Shown here one piece after another: positions 26,601 to 38,600 of a stretch of 60,000 bases of DNA (positions are counted from its first letter, which is position 1; each line of letters opens with the position of its first letter). The notes below the pieces were generated by a model that was given only the letters and a program-made list of their open reading frames with translations, searched no databases and was not told where the DNA came from. A program made the translations under genes and the position numbers. Source of the DNA: Lama guanicoe (Eukaryota); contig MU053934.1 of assembly GCA_013239625.1 (NCBI GenBank), positions 9,693,352-9,753,351 of the forward strand, read 5' to 3'.

Positions 26601-29600
26601 TCTCAGCTCCACGCCTAAAATAATGGGTAACTTTTCTCCCCCTCAGATGTTCTTCTTTTGGCTGATGAAAAGTTTGACTTCGATCTTTCATTGTCTTCTT
26701 CAAGGTAAACGAATGAGTTTCCTTCCTTTGCTTTGGGAAAGTCCTTCATTTAAATGCCAGTGTTACTGATAATCCTCTTCTTTTAAAACAGTGCAAATGA
26801 AGATGATGAAGTCTTTTTTGGCCCTGTTGGACATAAAGAAAGATGTATTGCTGCCAGCTTAGAATTAAATAATCAAATTCCTGAAGAACCTCTTTTGCCA
26901 GCGTCTGAAAGTCACTTCACTTGGAGTCCTCTCACTGGGGAAAAATTTGTGGAAGTTTATAAAGAAGCCCACTTACTGGCCTTACAGATACAAAGCCACA
27001 GCAGAAACAAGGCAGCCCCAGCTGCCAGACAGGAAGACCCCGGGAGCCAGGGAGTGGAAGGATTCATACAAGAATCACAATTAAAAATAAACCTCTTTGA
27101 GAAAGAAAATGAAACAAAGAAAAGCCCAAAGTCACTTAAGAGGGAGACGTACTACCTGTCAGACAGCCCCTTGCGGGGTCTGTCACGCTCGGGCCCCCAG
27201 CCCACCTCGGCCGTGGCCCTGCAGGTGGCTCCTGCCCGGGGCAGCCTCACCCAGACGCAGGGGCCACCTCCCGCTCCGAGTTCTTCTTTGTCAGTGGAAC
27301 CGAGTACTGCTCACCCTCCGAACCAGGCCGTGACTCAGAAGAAGGTCCCCAGCAAATTGCCACCACCCCGCACCTCATCTCTTAGAGGAAAAAGCATCCC
27401 CTTGGCCGTAGAGAAGGTACCACACACGAGCGCCTTTATCTAGGGGACCAGCCGCTCCTTTGTTCTGAGCCCTTTCGGTTATGGCAGAAACCACGATGGG
27501 GGGAAACTTGGAAATAGCTACTCGGAGGGCCCTGGGGCCAGAGGAGTGGAAAGTCCAGGAAGAGCAGCAACAGCCGGGGTGGGGGTGTGGACTTGGGCTG
27601 GGGTGGCTTGGTGACATGGCTTCCTGCCGGGCATGCAGTGGTGAGCTGTCCTGGGGAGTGGCAGTGGACTTGTGTGCGTCAGCTCCAGAGGCTCGCTCTC
27701 CTACCAGGGATCTGTCTCGGTACTATTTCACCCTGTTTTTAATGAGGAAGCGGACGCTGTCGTCATTTTTGTCTGGTCATTTGTGGGAGGAAGCATTGAT
27801 GAGCTGAGGCGCGTGCATTGGGAAGGTAGACAGTCCCTGCAGCTGCTCTAATCCAAGCCTTAGCGTGTCCGTACATTGTTGAAGACTAGACGGTTTTCAC
27901 ATTTCAATTTAAAATTTTTCAGCCCGTGAAAGAGAAACCAGCCAGTCCTTCAAGGATGAAGACCCTAAGTGAGAAGGAATCCCACAGCCATGTGCCCCCT
28001 GACAAGCCCAGTGCTGCCCGCGACGTCACCAGCCTGCCAGCTGGTGGGAGCCACCTGGCCCAAGGCAAGCGCTCGCTCCCTGTTCCAAACAAGGTGGGTT
28101 GGCCAGGCCTGTAGGTGGTGGCAGGGAGAAAGGGCAGCTTTGTATATGTGGGACGTGTCCTCTGATGAAAGTCAAGGTCAGGAAGGTAGAAAACAGGACC
28201 CAGGAGAGGCAGCTCGGCGAAGTGCACGCAGACCTGGCCCGCGTGAGGGGTCTGACGGCGGAGATGCTCCCTGCTCCCCTCACCGGGCCCGAGCGCGGAG
28301 GAGATGGGACGTGGACCGCGCTGTGAAAACCACAGCTCCTCACAGGCGTGGGGACTGCTGTCCACGTCTCTGCCATTTGTTTTCCAGCGGTGATGGTCAG
28401 ACTGAGCTGTGCATACTTGGGAAAATTGCCTAATCGCTGGTGGGACTTAAGGTGGCCACAGCTGGCCCCTGCAGCTACCGACCCCACAGGTGGGGGCGAG
28501 GCCCCAAGCCTGCGGCTCAGCAAGCTCCCAGGGGTTTCCGTGCAGGGCTCTGAAGGCTGCGCGGGGAAGTACGGCTTGACCTTTAAATTCCAGATGATAC
28601 TTTGTAAACATTTTTTTTTTTTTAGGATTTTGATTGCGAGTACATTTAATGTATTTACCAATACAATTAGGGATAATAGACATTTTTTACAATATTGAGT
28701 CTTCCAATCCAAGAAAATGGTATGTCTTTGTTTTTTAGATCATCTTTACAAAATTCTATTGAAATAAACTAGTTGTTAGGATACTTTGTAAAATATTAAA
28801 GGCAATTTTAAAACCCACTTTTGCAGAAAAACGTGATGGGTAGATAATGAAATCTTTGTTTTAGCTGGGGCGGAAGAAGACCGTGCTGAAACTGCCTGGG
28901 TGTGCTGGCAGCCTCGCAGGGAAGGCCGCCTCCGCGGGGTCGGTTTCGGGTGTGACCTCTAGCGTGTGTGCCTCCCCAGCAGCCGGCAAAGGTAAGGCTG
29001 GCCCCGAATGCTGACCGCTCCTGACAGACCATCTTCACAGAACCACTGAGCTCGGCAGAAGTTTCCAGAAGGCTTGTGGGGGTCTGGGGCAGGGAGCTTC
29101 TCCGATTCCCAGACCCAAGGTGCTTCCTCTCCTGAGGAGAGGCACTCAGACGGGCGGTCTTAGGGTGGGACGAGCAGTCACAAAGGGGACACGTGCTCAA
29201 GGTGCCAGAGAACCCAGAGAGACGCTGGGACCAGCCTCCATGGAAATGGAACCAGACATAGGTTTTTAAAATCGGGCTGTTCTAGATGGTGTAGGGCACG
29301 GGACCCGTGTAACTCCTGAGTGTGTGTAAATCTGCGCCCTCAAATGGGTTTAAGGGCAGGCTACTTTAATCTCAGCAAGCCAAGGGTGCCATCTGGTGGT
29401 GAAGGGGAGAGAGCCTGGGAGGCTGTGGGCGGAGGCATTCGACTGCCTGCTGTTAGGACTAAACCCTCCTCAAATTCTGTTTGCTGCGTGGACTCGGACT
29501 GCAGGCCAGGCCGCACGGCGTGCATCTTGCGCACAGACGTGAATAGTCTGAGCTCTTGAATGAGACTGACCTGATTTGGAATCCTGACTGCCAGTGGCGA

Positions 29601-32600
29601 CTAAGAACTTGGGTTGTTCCTCTATCTTTACAAACTGAGGGGAAAACACGTCCTTTCAGTGTTCCTGTGGGCCTTAGGAGGCCACATGAAGCCCCAGCCC
29701 TGACTCTGTGCGCGGCGTGTGTTCAGTGAAGAGAAGTTCTGGCACGTTAGGTGTTGGGAGGTCGGCTTTGATGTCGGTTCAGAGCGTTGGCACCGTTTTC
29801 ACTAGTTTCTGATCCCGTCTCTGCTAAGGGTCGAGACAGACCGCGTGGGGCTTCTGGGGGGTGTGCGTTTCTCTGCTGTCCACAGTGGGATCACGGGGGT
29901 CGGGAGCTGCGGCGTGTGGGCGGGCGTGTGAAGCCCTTGCCCGCAGGGGCCCGGAGCTGTGGAAGTGCTCATTCTCTTAGGTCTTCTCCAGGAATCTTTC
30001 ACCAGATTGACTTCTGTACTGGGCGTGTTGGCAGCTGAGTGTTTTTGCCCTACTTTATCCGCAGTTCTGACTTGAATAGCACTCGTAGTTGGTATGACCC
30101 AACCTGCTTGTAATTTACAGGAACCGACCGGTAAGGGTTGTGTCATCTCTCCCTGTCCCTCCCCGCCCACTGACAGGACAGGTGGGGTGAGACTAGATGA
30201 TCCGTTTTCATCTGCTCAGCGAGGGTAGACCTCTGTGTCGGCATCAGTGAAGACAGGAGAGCTTGAACTCACGGGTACTGACGTGAGTCTCGGTGCTGGC
30301 GTCTAGAATTAGCGCCTTGGAGCACACTCAGCTGGGCCGTGAGCGGCCCGGCTCGTCCTGGGTTAGAGGACGTTGCCTGGCAGACCTACAGAATATTGCT
30401 CATGTGTTTTCCTTACATGGAAATCACCATGATAGAAATTGATGGAAATAAATCATTTTCTTCTACATTTTAAGGTAGAGATGTTAAAGACAGCATATTT
30501 TGTGTGTGCCATTGAGTAACGTCATAATCTGGAAATAACATCAACTTGGGTGATAATCAGATTTCGTGTGTCTCCTCTTCCAGCTAAAGCGAGTGACCTT
30601 CCAAGCATTCCCGCAGACAGCTCCCGAGCAAACACCAGCCAGTCGGGCAGAACAGGACTCGCGGCGCCGCGGTTGTCACTGCAGGCGGGCCCCGGGGGCG
30701 GGCCCTGCGGCCAAAGCCAGAGGCCCGCTGAGCTGCCCCGGGAGCCCACCAGGGCGGCTCTCACCCAACCCCAGACTCCAGAACGGGGAGGCCCCGGGCT
30801 GAGCTCCTGTATCAGTTGGTCACACTCCTCCCAAATGAACAAAACTGGGAGTGCAAGGAGGCGCGACTCCTGTCTGAACTCCAAGACAAAGGTCATGCCT
30901 ACCCCTACGCACCGATTTAAAGTTCCTAAGTTTTCTACTGGTAAGAGATAAATTATAATGCGTTTTTAAAATACTGAACAAATTATATTTAAAGTTAAAA
31001 AAATTACTAGTTTTGGTGATGGTCGTTTCTTCACTTTTATTTTTCTTAAAGCACTTTAAATCTGTCTTCAGCTTGCACTGCTTTGGATGAGAAGTCAGTG
31101 AATTTCTTACCTTAAGTTTCCCTCTCCGTAACGTGTCGTTTTTCTCTTGTTATTTTCAGCATTTTGATTACTATGTATTTTGATGTGGCTTTTTTTGTGT
31201 TTATCCTACTTGGGGTTCTGGAGTTATTCTGATCTGTGAGTTTATCAGATCTGGAAAATATGTGGCCATTATTTCTTCAAATGTTTTTCCTTGCTTCCCC
31301 ACACTTCCTGGGACTCTAGGTGCCTGTGTTACAGACCGTCTGATGCTGTCTTTTAGGGCACGACGAGCTGCTCTCTTCCAGCCCCTCCTGGCACGTCTGC
31401 AGGTTCATGTGTCTTTTCTTCGGCAATGCGTCCAATCTGCTGCTACGTCTGCCCAGTTAATTTTTCATTGCTGGCATCTCCCCGTTTGTGTCCTCATGGT
31501 GTTTGTGTTTTCCTCTTAATTCCTGAACGTATTATAATGGTCCTTGTAAGTCTGCTTCTTCTGATCCCACCGTCCCTGTCATTTGGGTTCCATTTCTCTT
31601 GCCTCGTTTGTCCTGGTGATGGTGGCATTTTCCTGCTTCCTCGTGTCTAATGGCTTTTTATTGTCTGCTGGACGTCATCAATTGTACATTTTTGAAAGTC
31701 TGGATTTTATTGTCTGTCTTTAAGGAGTTGAATTCTGCTTTGGCAGGAATTTAAATTTCACGTCACCTCGGTCCTTTCAAGGCTTCTTTAAGCTTTGGCG
31801 GGGCAGCTCTCGGGCCTGTGCTCTTGGGGTAGTTCCATCCTGGACGTGCTGTGCGTCCCTGAGGTCTCTGCTCCGGCCGGTTGGACGTGTTCCCAGTGCT
31901 GGTTCTTGCCCCTTTCTGAGCCCTGCCCTGCATTCGTGCTGCTTCTCACTACACAGCAAGGACTCGGGGTCCTGCTCGGATTTCTAGAGCACTCTCTCTC
32001 TCTGTAGTTCCCTCCTCTTAACACTCTGCCCCTCAGATTCCAGCCTGTGCAGCCTCCCAAACCCTGATCGTTGTCTCCTCAAATCAGTGAGACTGCCAGG
32101 CTCCCCTCGGGCTCTCCCCACCTGCGCTGGCGTGCCGACAGGGCTGCCAGGTAGGAGGTGGCGTGTTTGGTCGAGGTAAATTAGTCAGTGTGTATAATGC
32201 AGAGAGTTGTACGGAGCTGATTTGAGGGGGAGGATAGTTCTGGCCTCCTTTCAAGCTTGTTTCTTAGCGGCTTGAGTATCTTAAAGTTATCAGCATCGCT
32301 GGCTAGTGCAGGCGGCCTTCAACACCTGCAAACCTCGTTTGGAGTTGCTGCTCATATACGAATGAGCCATTCCATTGCGTGTCTCCCAGTGCTAGGCACT
32401 CTTAGGTTCAGGGGATGTAATGGTAAGGCAAATCCTATTCTTGGGATTTCCATTTTAATAGTGAAACATGAGAAATGCTGTCAAGTAAGTGTACTTCCAG
32501 ATCGTAAGTACGAGGAAGTGACTAACAGAAGATGAGGAAGAAGTTACAGAGTGGGGTTCTTTCAGCCAAGATGGTCAGGGTAGACTCCCCTCAGGAGGTG

Positions 32601-35600
32601 ACACGGCTGAGATGTGAGCCACGAGGAGGCGGGAGGCATTAGAAAAGGCAGAGGGACGAACCCTTGGTTGATTGTAGGGTGTGATACAGGTATTTTAATA
32701 ATCTGAAATTCCATAAAAATCGTTACTCTCCCATGCACCTTGTGGGGGCTCCCCAGGAGTGCGCCACCGAGATGAGGGAGGACACCGGGAAGAGGAAGAC
32801 ATGGGCAGCCGTGCAAGGGGGAACCCTGCCCAGGATGGGGTGAGAATGCAGGGCCCGGCCTGGCCTCGGAGAGAGATCTTCGGGAAGCACAGGGCCTCGG
32901 TGCCCGAGAGGGGGCCACCTGGAAATACTCCCAGGGACAGAGCTTCTGGGCCCCTCAGTCACAGGCGCCCAAATAAGAAACAAACAAAAGACGGAGGCAG
33001 TTACGACCTCGGGTAGGGGCAGGGGTGGGAGCCCCGGGGAGGAGGTGCGTCATGTGTCCATAGACGCAGCTGTCAGAACGCCGCGAGCCGCAGCGGCCGG
33101 CTGCACAGGTCTGCATGGGCCCCGGAGGGGGCCGGCTCTCGCCGGGACCTGGGCAGGTTTTGAAGAACGAGAAGTAGCAGCACATGTGACTTAGAGATTC
33201 AGAGGTGGCCCCACAGGAAGCAAGCAGGTTGGAAGTAGGGTGGGTGTGCTGCTTTGTCTCCAGATTTTCACCCTGCATTTTTTATGTTTTGGGCTTTTTT
33301 TGGTGCATGAATTGCTTTGATAAGATCAACTTTTGAACAGAACAGGAGATGGGAGGTGAGGACAAGCACATATGGGCAGCTCTTTGGAGAAGATCTTTCT
33401 TTGAAGAGCAGAGAGACGCGGAGCGGGGGCAGGGAGGGAGGGGACCCGTGGGAGCCCCTGCACCGCCTGCCTCCCTGGGGCTGGGGACTGCCTCACTGCC
33501 CAGGGCTTCCAGGACATAGCGGATGCTGCCTGGGGGCTTAGCCCTGGGGGGAGTCTGTGACTTCTCATGTGCACTGCAGCCTGAGCCTGTGCCGGGCCTC
33601 GCTCAGTCCTCCCAGCCTGCTTGTGGTCACCTGTGATCAGCCAGGATCACACACGCGCAAGTGGTTAGTCGCCAGACGACGTGAACAGTTTGCCACCTTA
33701 GGGCCACCTAGCGCTGTCCGTTTCCCGAGAGTGAAGGTGGTGGTGGGCTCTGCAGGGCTCGCCTGGCATGCAGCTGCGTTAGCCTCGCTGCTGGGGGCGG
33801 GGGTCTCCCGGGGGACTTGTCCCGGTTGCACACTGAGCGCTGCCTTCTCTTTGGGACTCTGAAGGCTCTCGGTTCCCGTCTAGGTGAGTAGTGGCTGCAG
33901 GCAGAGGTGAGATGAGGGCTCGTCCTGTTCTGCAGCCACTGGTTGGACCCTAAGGCCCTGCGGGGGGCGGGTCCCCCTGGAGGGAGGCCATGTCCCCTCT
34001 CACTCCTGGGCGGCAGGTTTGCTCTCTGGGCTTGTCTGACCTTCAGCTCCTTCCTGTGCCGCCCTCACTGCAACTCGGGAGAACGGAGGCATGTAGAGAA
34101 GAGCTCCCCGGTTGGTGAAGAGGGACTTATCCCTGGGTCCTCTCGTCTCAGGTGAACCCCCGGACAGCGCAACGCCGAAGTCCTGCCGGGCGCAGAGGCC
34201 ACAGTCCTGCACGTCGGTGGGGAGGTAACTCACCATCTGCTTCCTTCCTTGTGTTACTGTAAGAACAAACTCAGGCACCTGCTGACTTCTGGAAGTACCT
34301 TCTCCAGTGTAGAGACCCACAGCCTGGCCATGCACATCTGGCCTTAGCCCCGGGCTCCTGAGCCACTGCGCCATCCCCTGCAGATTACGGTGGCCAGACT
34401 TGCCTCTAGGGGTGGAAGCGCCGATTTTCACCCCTGAACCCGCAGTTCTCCAGCCAGACTGCCCGGCAGAGATGCTGTCAGGGCTGTTGCAATTCCAGCT
34501 CACCCTCAGAGGCTCTGATTCAGCTGGTCTGGCATGGAGCCCAGCACCTGCAGGGTCTCACAGTGACCCTAGCATGTGCCGGGGTTGAGGACCACCTGCA
34601 TGAGTCCCGGGTCTGCCACTTCCTGGTCTGGATCTAGTGCAGATGACTCAGTGTCCCCTCCTTGTGTCCCCGTGCCCCGCGGGGACGACACGCACACATG
34701 CATGTGCACACACCTGGGACCACTCATGCAAACGCTGCCCCACTTCTGGCTGCCCTCCTGCCACCTGCGCTGCCACCTGCTGAGGTGGGCGGGCTACGCC
34801 ATCCACACATCTGGCCCTCTGATGATCGGCTCTCCGGGAACTGTCACATTGGCAGGACCCCAGCCCAGTGCCGCTCAGTCCTGTGCACATCAGCTCGGGG
34901 TAGGGCAGGAGTTAGGGCACTCAGACCCCCTGGAGCGGGATCCTGGTGCCAGCATACGCCAGGGTGGGAGTGCTGGATGGGGCGGGCAGGACAAGCACTG
35001 GGCTCGGACAGCAGAGCAGGACCCTGATCTCGGGTCTGCCCCGACCAGTCGGGCCGGCCGCCAGTCTTCCACAACTTTGGGCTTTACTTGGATGTGAACT
35101 TGGGATGCACTTTATGGGGTTGGACCAGGTGCTCTCCCTTGGAGCATTAGCCGGGCTGAGATTCCTTCCTTCCACACAGTGGGTAAGAGCAGGACCCAGA
35201 GCCACCAGGCACTGGCCCCGTCACGTCTCCTCTCCGCTCAGTTTTCTCACCTGTACAATGGGAAGATAGCTCCTACCTCCAGGGTTACCTTGAAGATTAC
35301 ATTTGTTTGTATTTTTAAGTTTATTTTCACTGGAGTTTGTGGCGGAGTGGCCAGTGCTCAGCAGTAAAGCACGTGGGACAGATTCCAGAACTTCGCAGAG
35401 ACAGGCATCTTGCTCCCAGCACCTGTCTCTCCCACCCACTCTCCTTTCAGTAAATGTTAATTAAAGTTTGTCTGTAGACTGATTTTGAACATGCAGACTG
35501 TCCTCGACGGGTGGCAGAACCAACAGGTGTGTCATCCCCGGCCTCCCGCGGGCACCGCGTTGGTGGGAGGGCCCTGACTTGTTGAGGATGACAGTCTGTT

Positions 35601-38600
35601 CAGCCTCTCTTCTCTGTCAGCAACAGGACACATCAACAGTGGGGCGGGACTGGTTGGCAGCCTGAGCCACAGGTACTGCCAGGGTGAGAAGGAGAGATGC
35701 GTGAGAAACAGGCACCAGGTGTGCTGGGTCACACCCGTGTTCACACCTGGTTCAGGGGCCTTAGACCCAGGGAACTGCCTGTCCACTCACATGCCCAGCC
35801 GGGCCCTGCCCTGGCCTGGACTTCCTGGTGGGAATGTTTATGCCAGCAGAAGGTGACCTTTCCATCTCCTGTGCAGAGGCTCCTGTGAAGACCGTTTCCG
35901 TGGCAGCACCTATAACGTGCAGTCACACTGGATCGGAACCTCAGATGGGCCCACAGAGGAACTGAAGCCCCTGCTCGGCCTCCCGGGGCTGGCGGCAGCG
36001 CTGAGTCCCTGCCCTCGCCGCCGCCCCTCCTCAGAGGACAGCTGACAGGCTTCGCCAGCTTGAATCTTTGATGTTGAAACCACAGGCCTTTGCACTGCAC
36101 TAGCACGTGGCTGAATCATTAGATTTTCTTGATTTGTTTCAAGTCATCTCTGCTTAAAACTCTCATTTTGTCTTTCCAGGATTGTTCATAGCACTCCTGT
36201 TAGACGGTCCTTGGGCCCAGCCTCGCAGAGCCTGGTAAGCAGCGTGTGGACCCCTGTGAGTACAAGACGCGTGTCAGCCCTGCCCACGCCTGCCGGCCGC
36301 CGACTCTCCAGCCTTCCCGTGCTGACCCCTAAGACCCTGCCCAGGGCCCTGGCTTCTCCCCTGCGTGTGTCTGCTCAGCGACTGTCTTCTGAGCCCCAGA
36401 AAAAATCTGCAGTGAGGTAGGAGTTAAAGATTGCACCGTTTATCTCAAATTCATAAAACCGCAGGCAGTCGTGTACTGGGAAATCACTGTCGGGAACTAG
36501 CTAGACTGAGGTCCGTGCCCCTTCTCAGCCCCCGCAGCGGAGCCTGGCTGCACGCCCTCCTGCGGGTAGTTCTCTGAGAGGGAGGGCCCTGCTTCTTTGT
36601 CGTGTTTCTCTCCTGACAGCGTATCCTGGGTGCAGGCTGGAGGCCTGGGCCTCATCGCACCTTGGGGTAGACGAGGGCCTCCCAGCCGGGACAAGCCCTC
36701 CAGGCAGAGCCGCGCCACCCAGTGCGCTGGTGCCAGGAGCTCTGGGACCTTGCGTGGTCCTCACGATGGGGCCCTGGGGAGGGCCCCGCACCCTCGGCCT
36801 CGAGGCTCTCAGTCAGCAGTGACCACACTCAGGCTTCCCGAGAAACAGACCCCCCCACCGCCTGTCCCGCTCACTGGCCCGTGTCCAGCTGCACTGCCCC
36901 GCGCTGCCCTGCGCCGCATCTGGACAGGCCTGCGCTTGCATCCTCTCCACCTGGAACGCAGAGCTGTCTCCTCCCCATAATTGGAGTCCATGTTCAGGGG
37001 CCTTTCTGGAGACCCCGTTCCCGACTTGGTCGCGCTGCTCCTTTTCCCCACGTTGCTTTCTCACATTTCCCACCTCCTGGCTGCCCACACAGAGTGTGTG
37101 TTTGTCCACTTGACAGTCGTCCGAGACGCCGCTGGTGGGGAAGCTCCCCTGAGCCTCCCCTGTCCGGCCTGTCACCAGGCCTGAGGACAAGCTCCCGGCA
37201 TGCGGCAGGCGCTCAGGAGTATCTGTGGGAGGAACCACCCAGGTAGAGTGTATAGTTGGTCACTGGCTTCCTTGACTAGAAGCTTCATCTGTGAAGGAGC
37301 CTTAACGGGCCAGGTATAAGCATCGGGCCTCTGATCCTCCGTCACCCTGGCAGAGCTTGGGGGAAGGCTGGGGTGCCGGTGTGTGGACCCACCCACGGCA
37401 GTGTCGAGCACGTATGTGTCTGGGTCTTTCTGTGAGAGCAGAGGAGACAGAGTGCCAGGCTGTGTGTTAGGTCAGGGAGAGGAACCAGCCAGACACAAGG
37501 CCGCCCCGAAAACTCGAACAAGGCCCAGCATGGACGGTCAGTGCTGTTGACATGTGTTGTGCGTTTGCAGGTGTCAGGATAGAAAAGAAATCCTACTGTC
37601 TTTCAGGTTGTTATGAAGCCTTTACAGTATTGAAAAGAAGATATGCTGTATTAATTTATGGAAATTGTTGCTTTCTTCAGTTTTCTTGTGTAATTCAGTT
37701 CCGAGTCATCAGGTTTCTGAGGCCTGCCAGGCAGCAGACTATCCTGGGTCTGGAGACGCAGCAGGCAGACGGGGGCCAGGCCGGGTGCACACTGCACTGA
37801 CGGGAAACACAGACACCAAAGAGCGTCTGCACAGTGACAGGTGTACGGGGCAGCCCCCCTGCGGAGTGTGTGACCTGGGCATTCAGACCTGCCCCGCCAT
37901 CCACACTCCAGGCAGGAGGAACCAGGCCGGCAGGAGCACCGTGGCCACAGCACGTGGACAGAGGCGGCTCCTGCACCTGGTCCTTGCCCCTCTCCTTCTC
38001 GAACACCTTCAGGCGCCTATGCAGACACCAGACTCAGAGACCACGCATCCGCCTGCTGGAGCCGGAACCAGCGCCGGGAGCTCTCCACTGGACGACGCTT
38101 CTCTGAAAAGAACCTTCTCGAGTCATCACCACACGAGCTAGCACCTCCCGGCCGTGTCCTGATAGGATTTCTCCTTCCCTCCCACAGAACCGCACCAGCA
38201 ACAGAGAGCGCCCGCAGGGCTGCTCCCAGGGGCTCGGACTCGTCGCCGGATGGGAGCCTTTCTCCCCCGTCCGCCGTGCCGCAGGCGCTTAACTTTTCTC
38301 CAGAAAAGAGTGATCTTACTTTTTCAAAAAGTATCGGCACAGAAGCAGCCCCGGCTGAGGCGCAGCCACCTGAGGACCCACCCCCCAGTGAGGTGAAGGG
38401 ATACGTGGGGTTGACTCGTGCAGTCCTGGGTGTCCCCCCAGCCCCGTGCTAAAGGGAGGGGTCACGACCTCCCGCCTCCAGGAGGGACAAAAACCGCAGC
38501 TCCCGTATTTGACCACGGAGAGGCCAGGGTTCAAAGGAGGGGAGGTGGGGAGCGGGGCAGCAGTGAGGGTGTGAGCGGGGCTCCGGTGCTGGCCGCTGGC

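Noticed and set aside
28026..28712. 228-aa minus-strand ORF
   Set aside because: It begins in an L1 relic and crosses intron sequence and the antisense of GTSE1 exon 5, with no protein-family signal.
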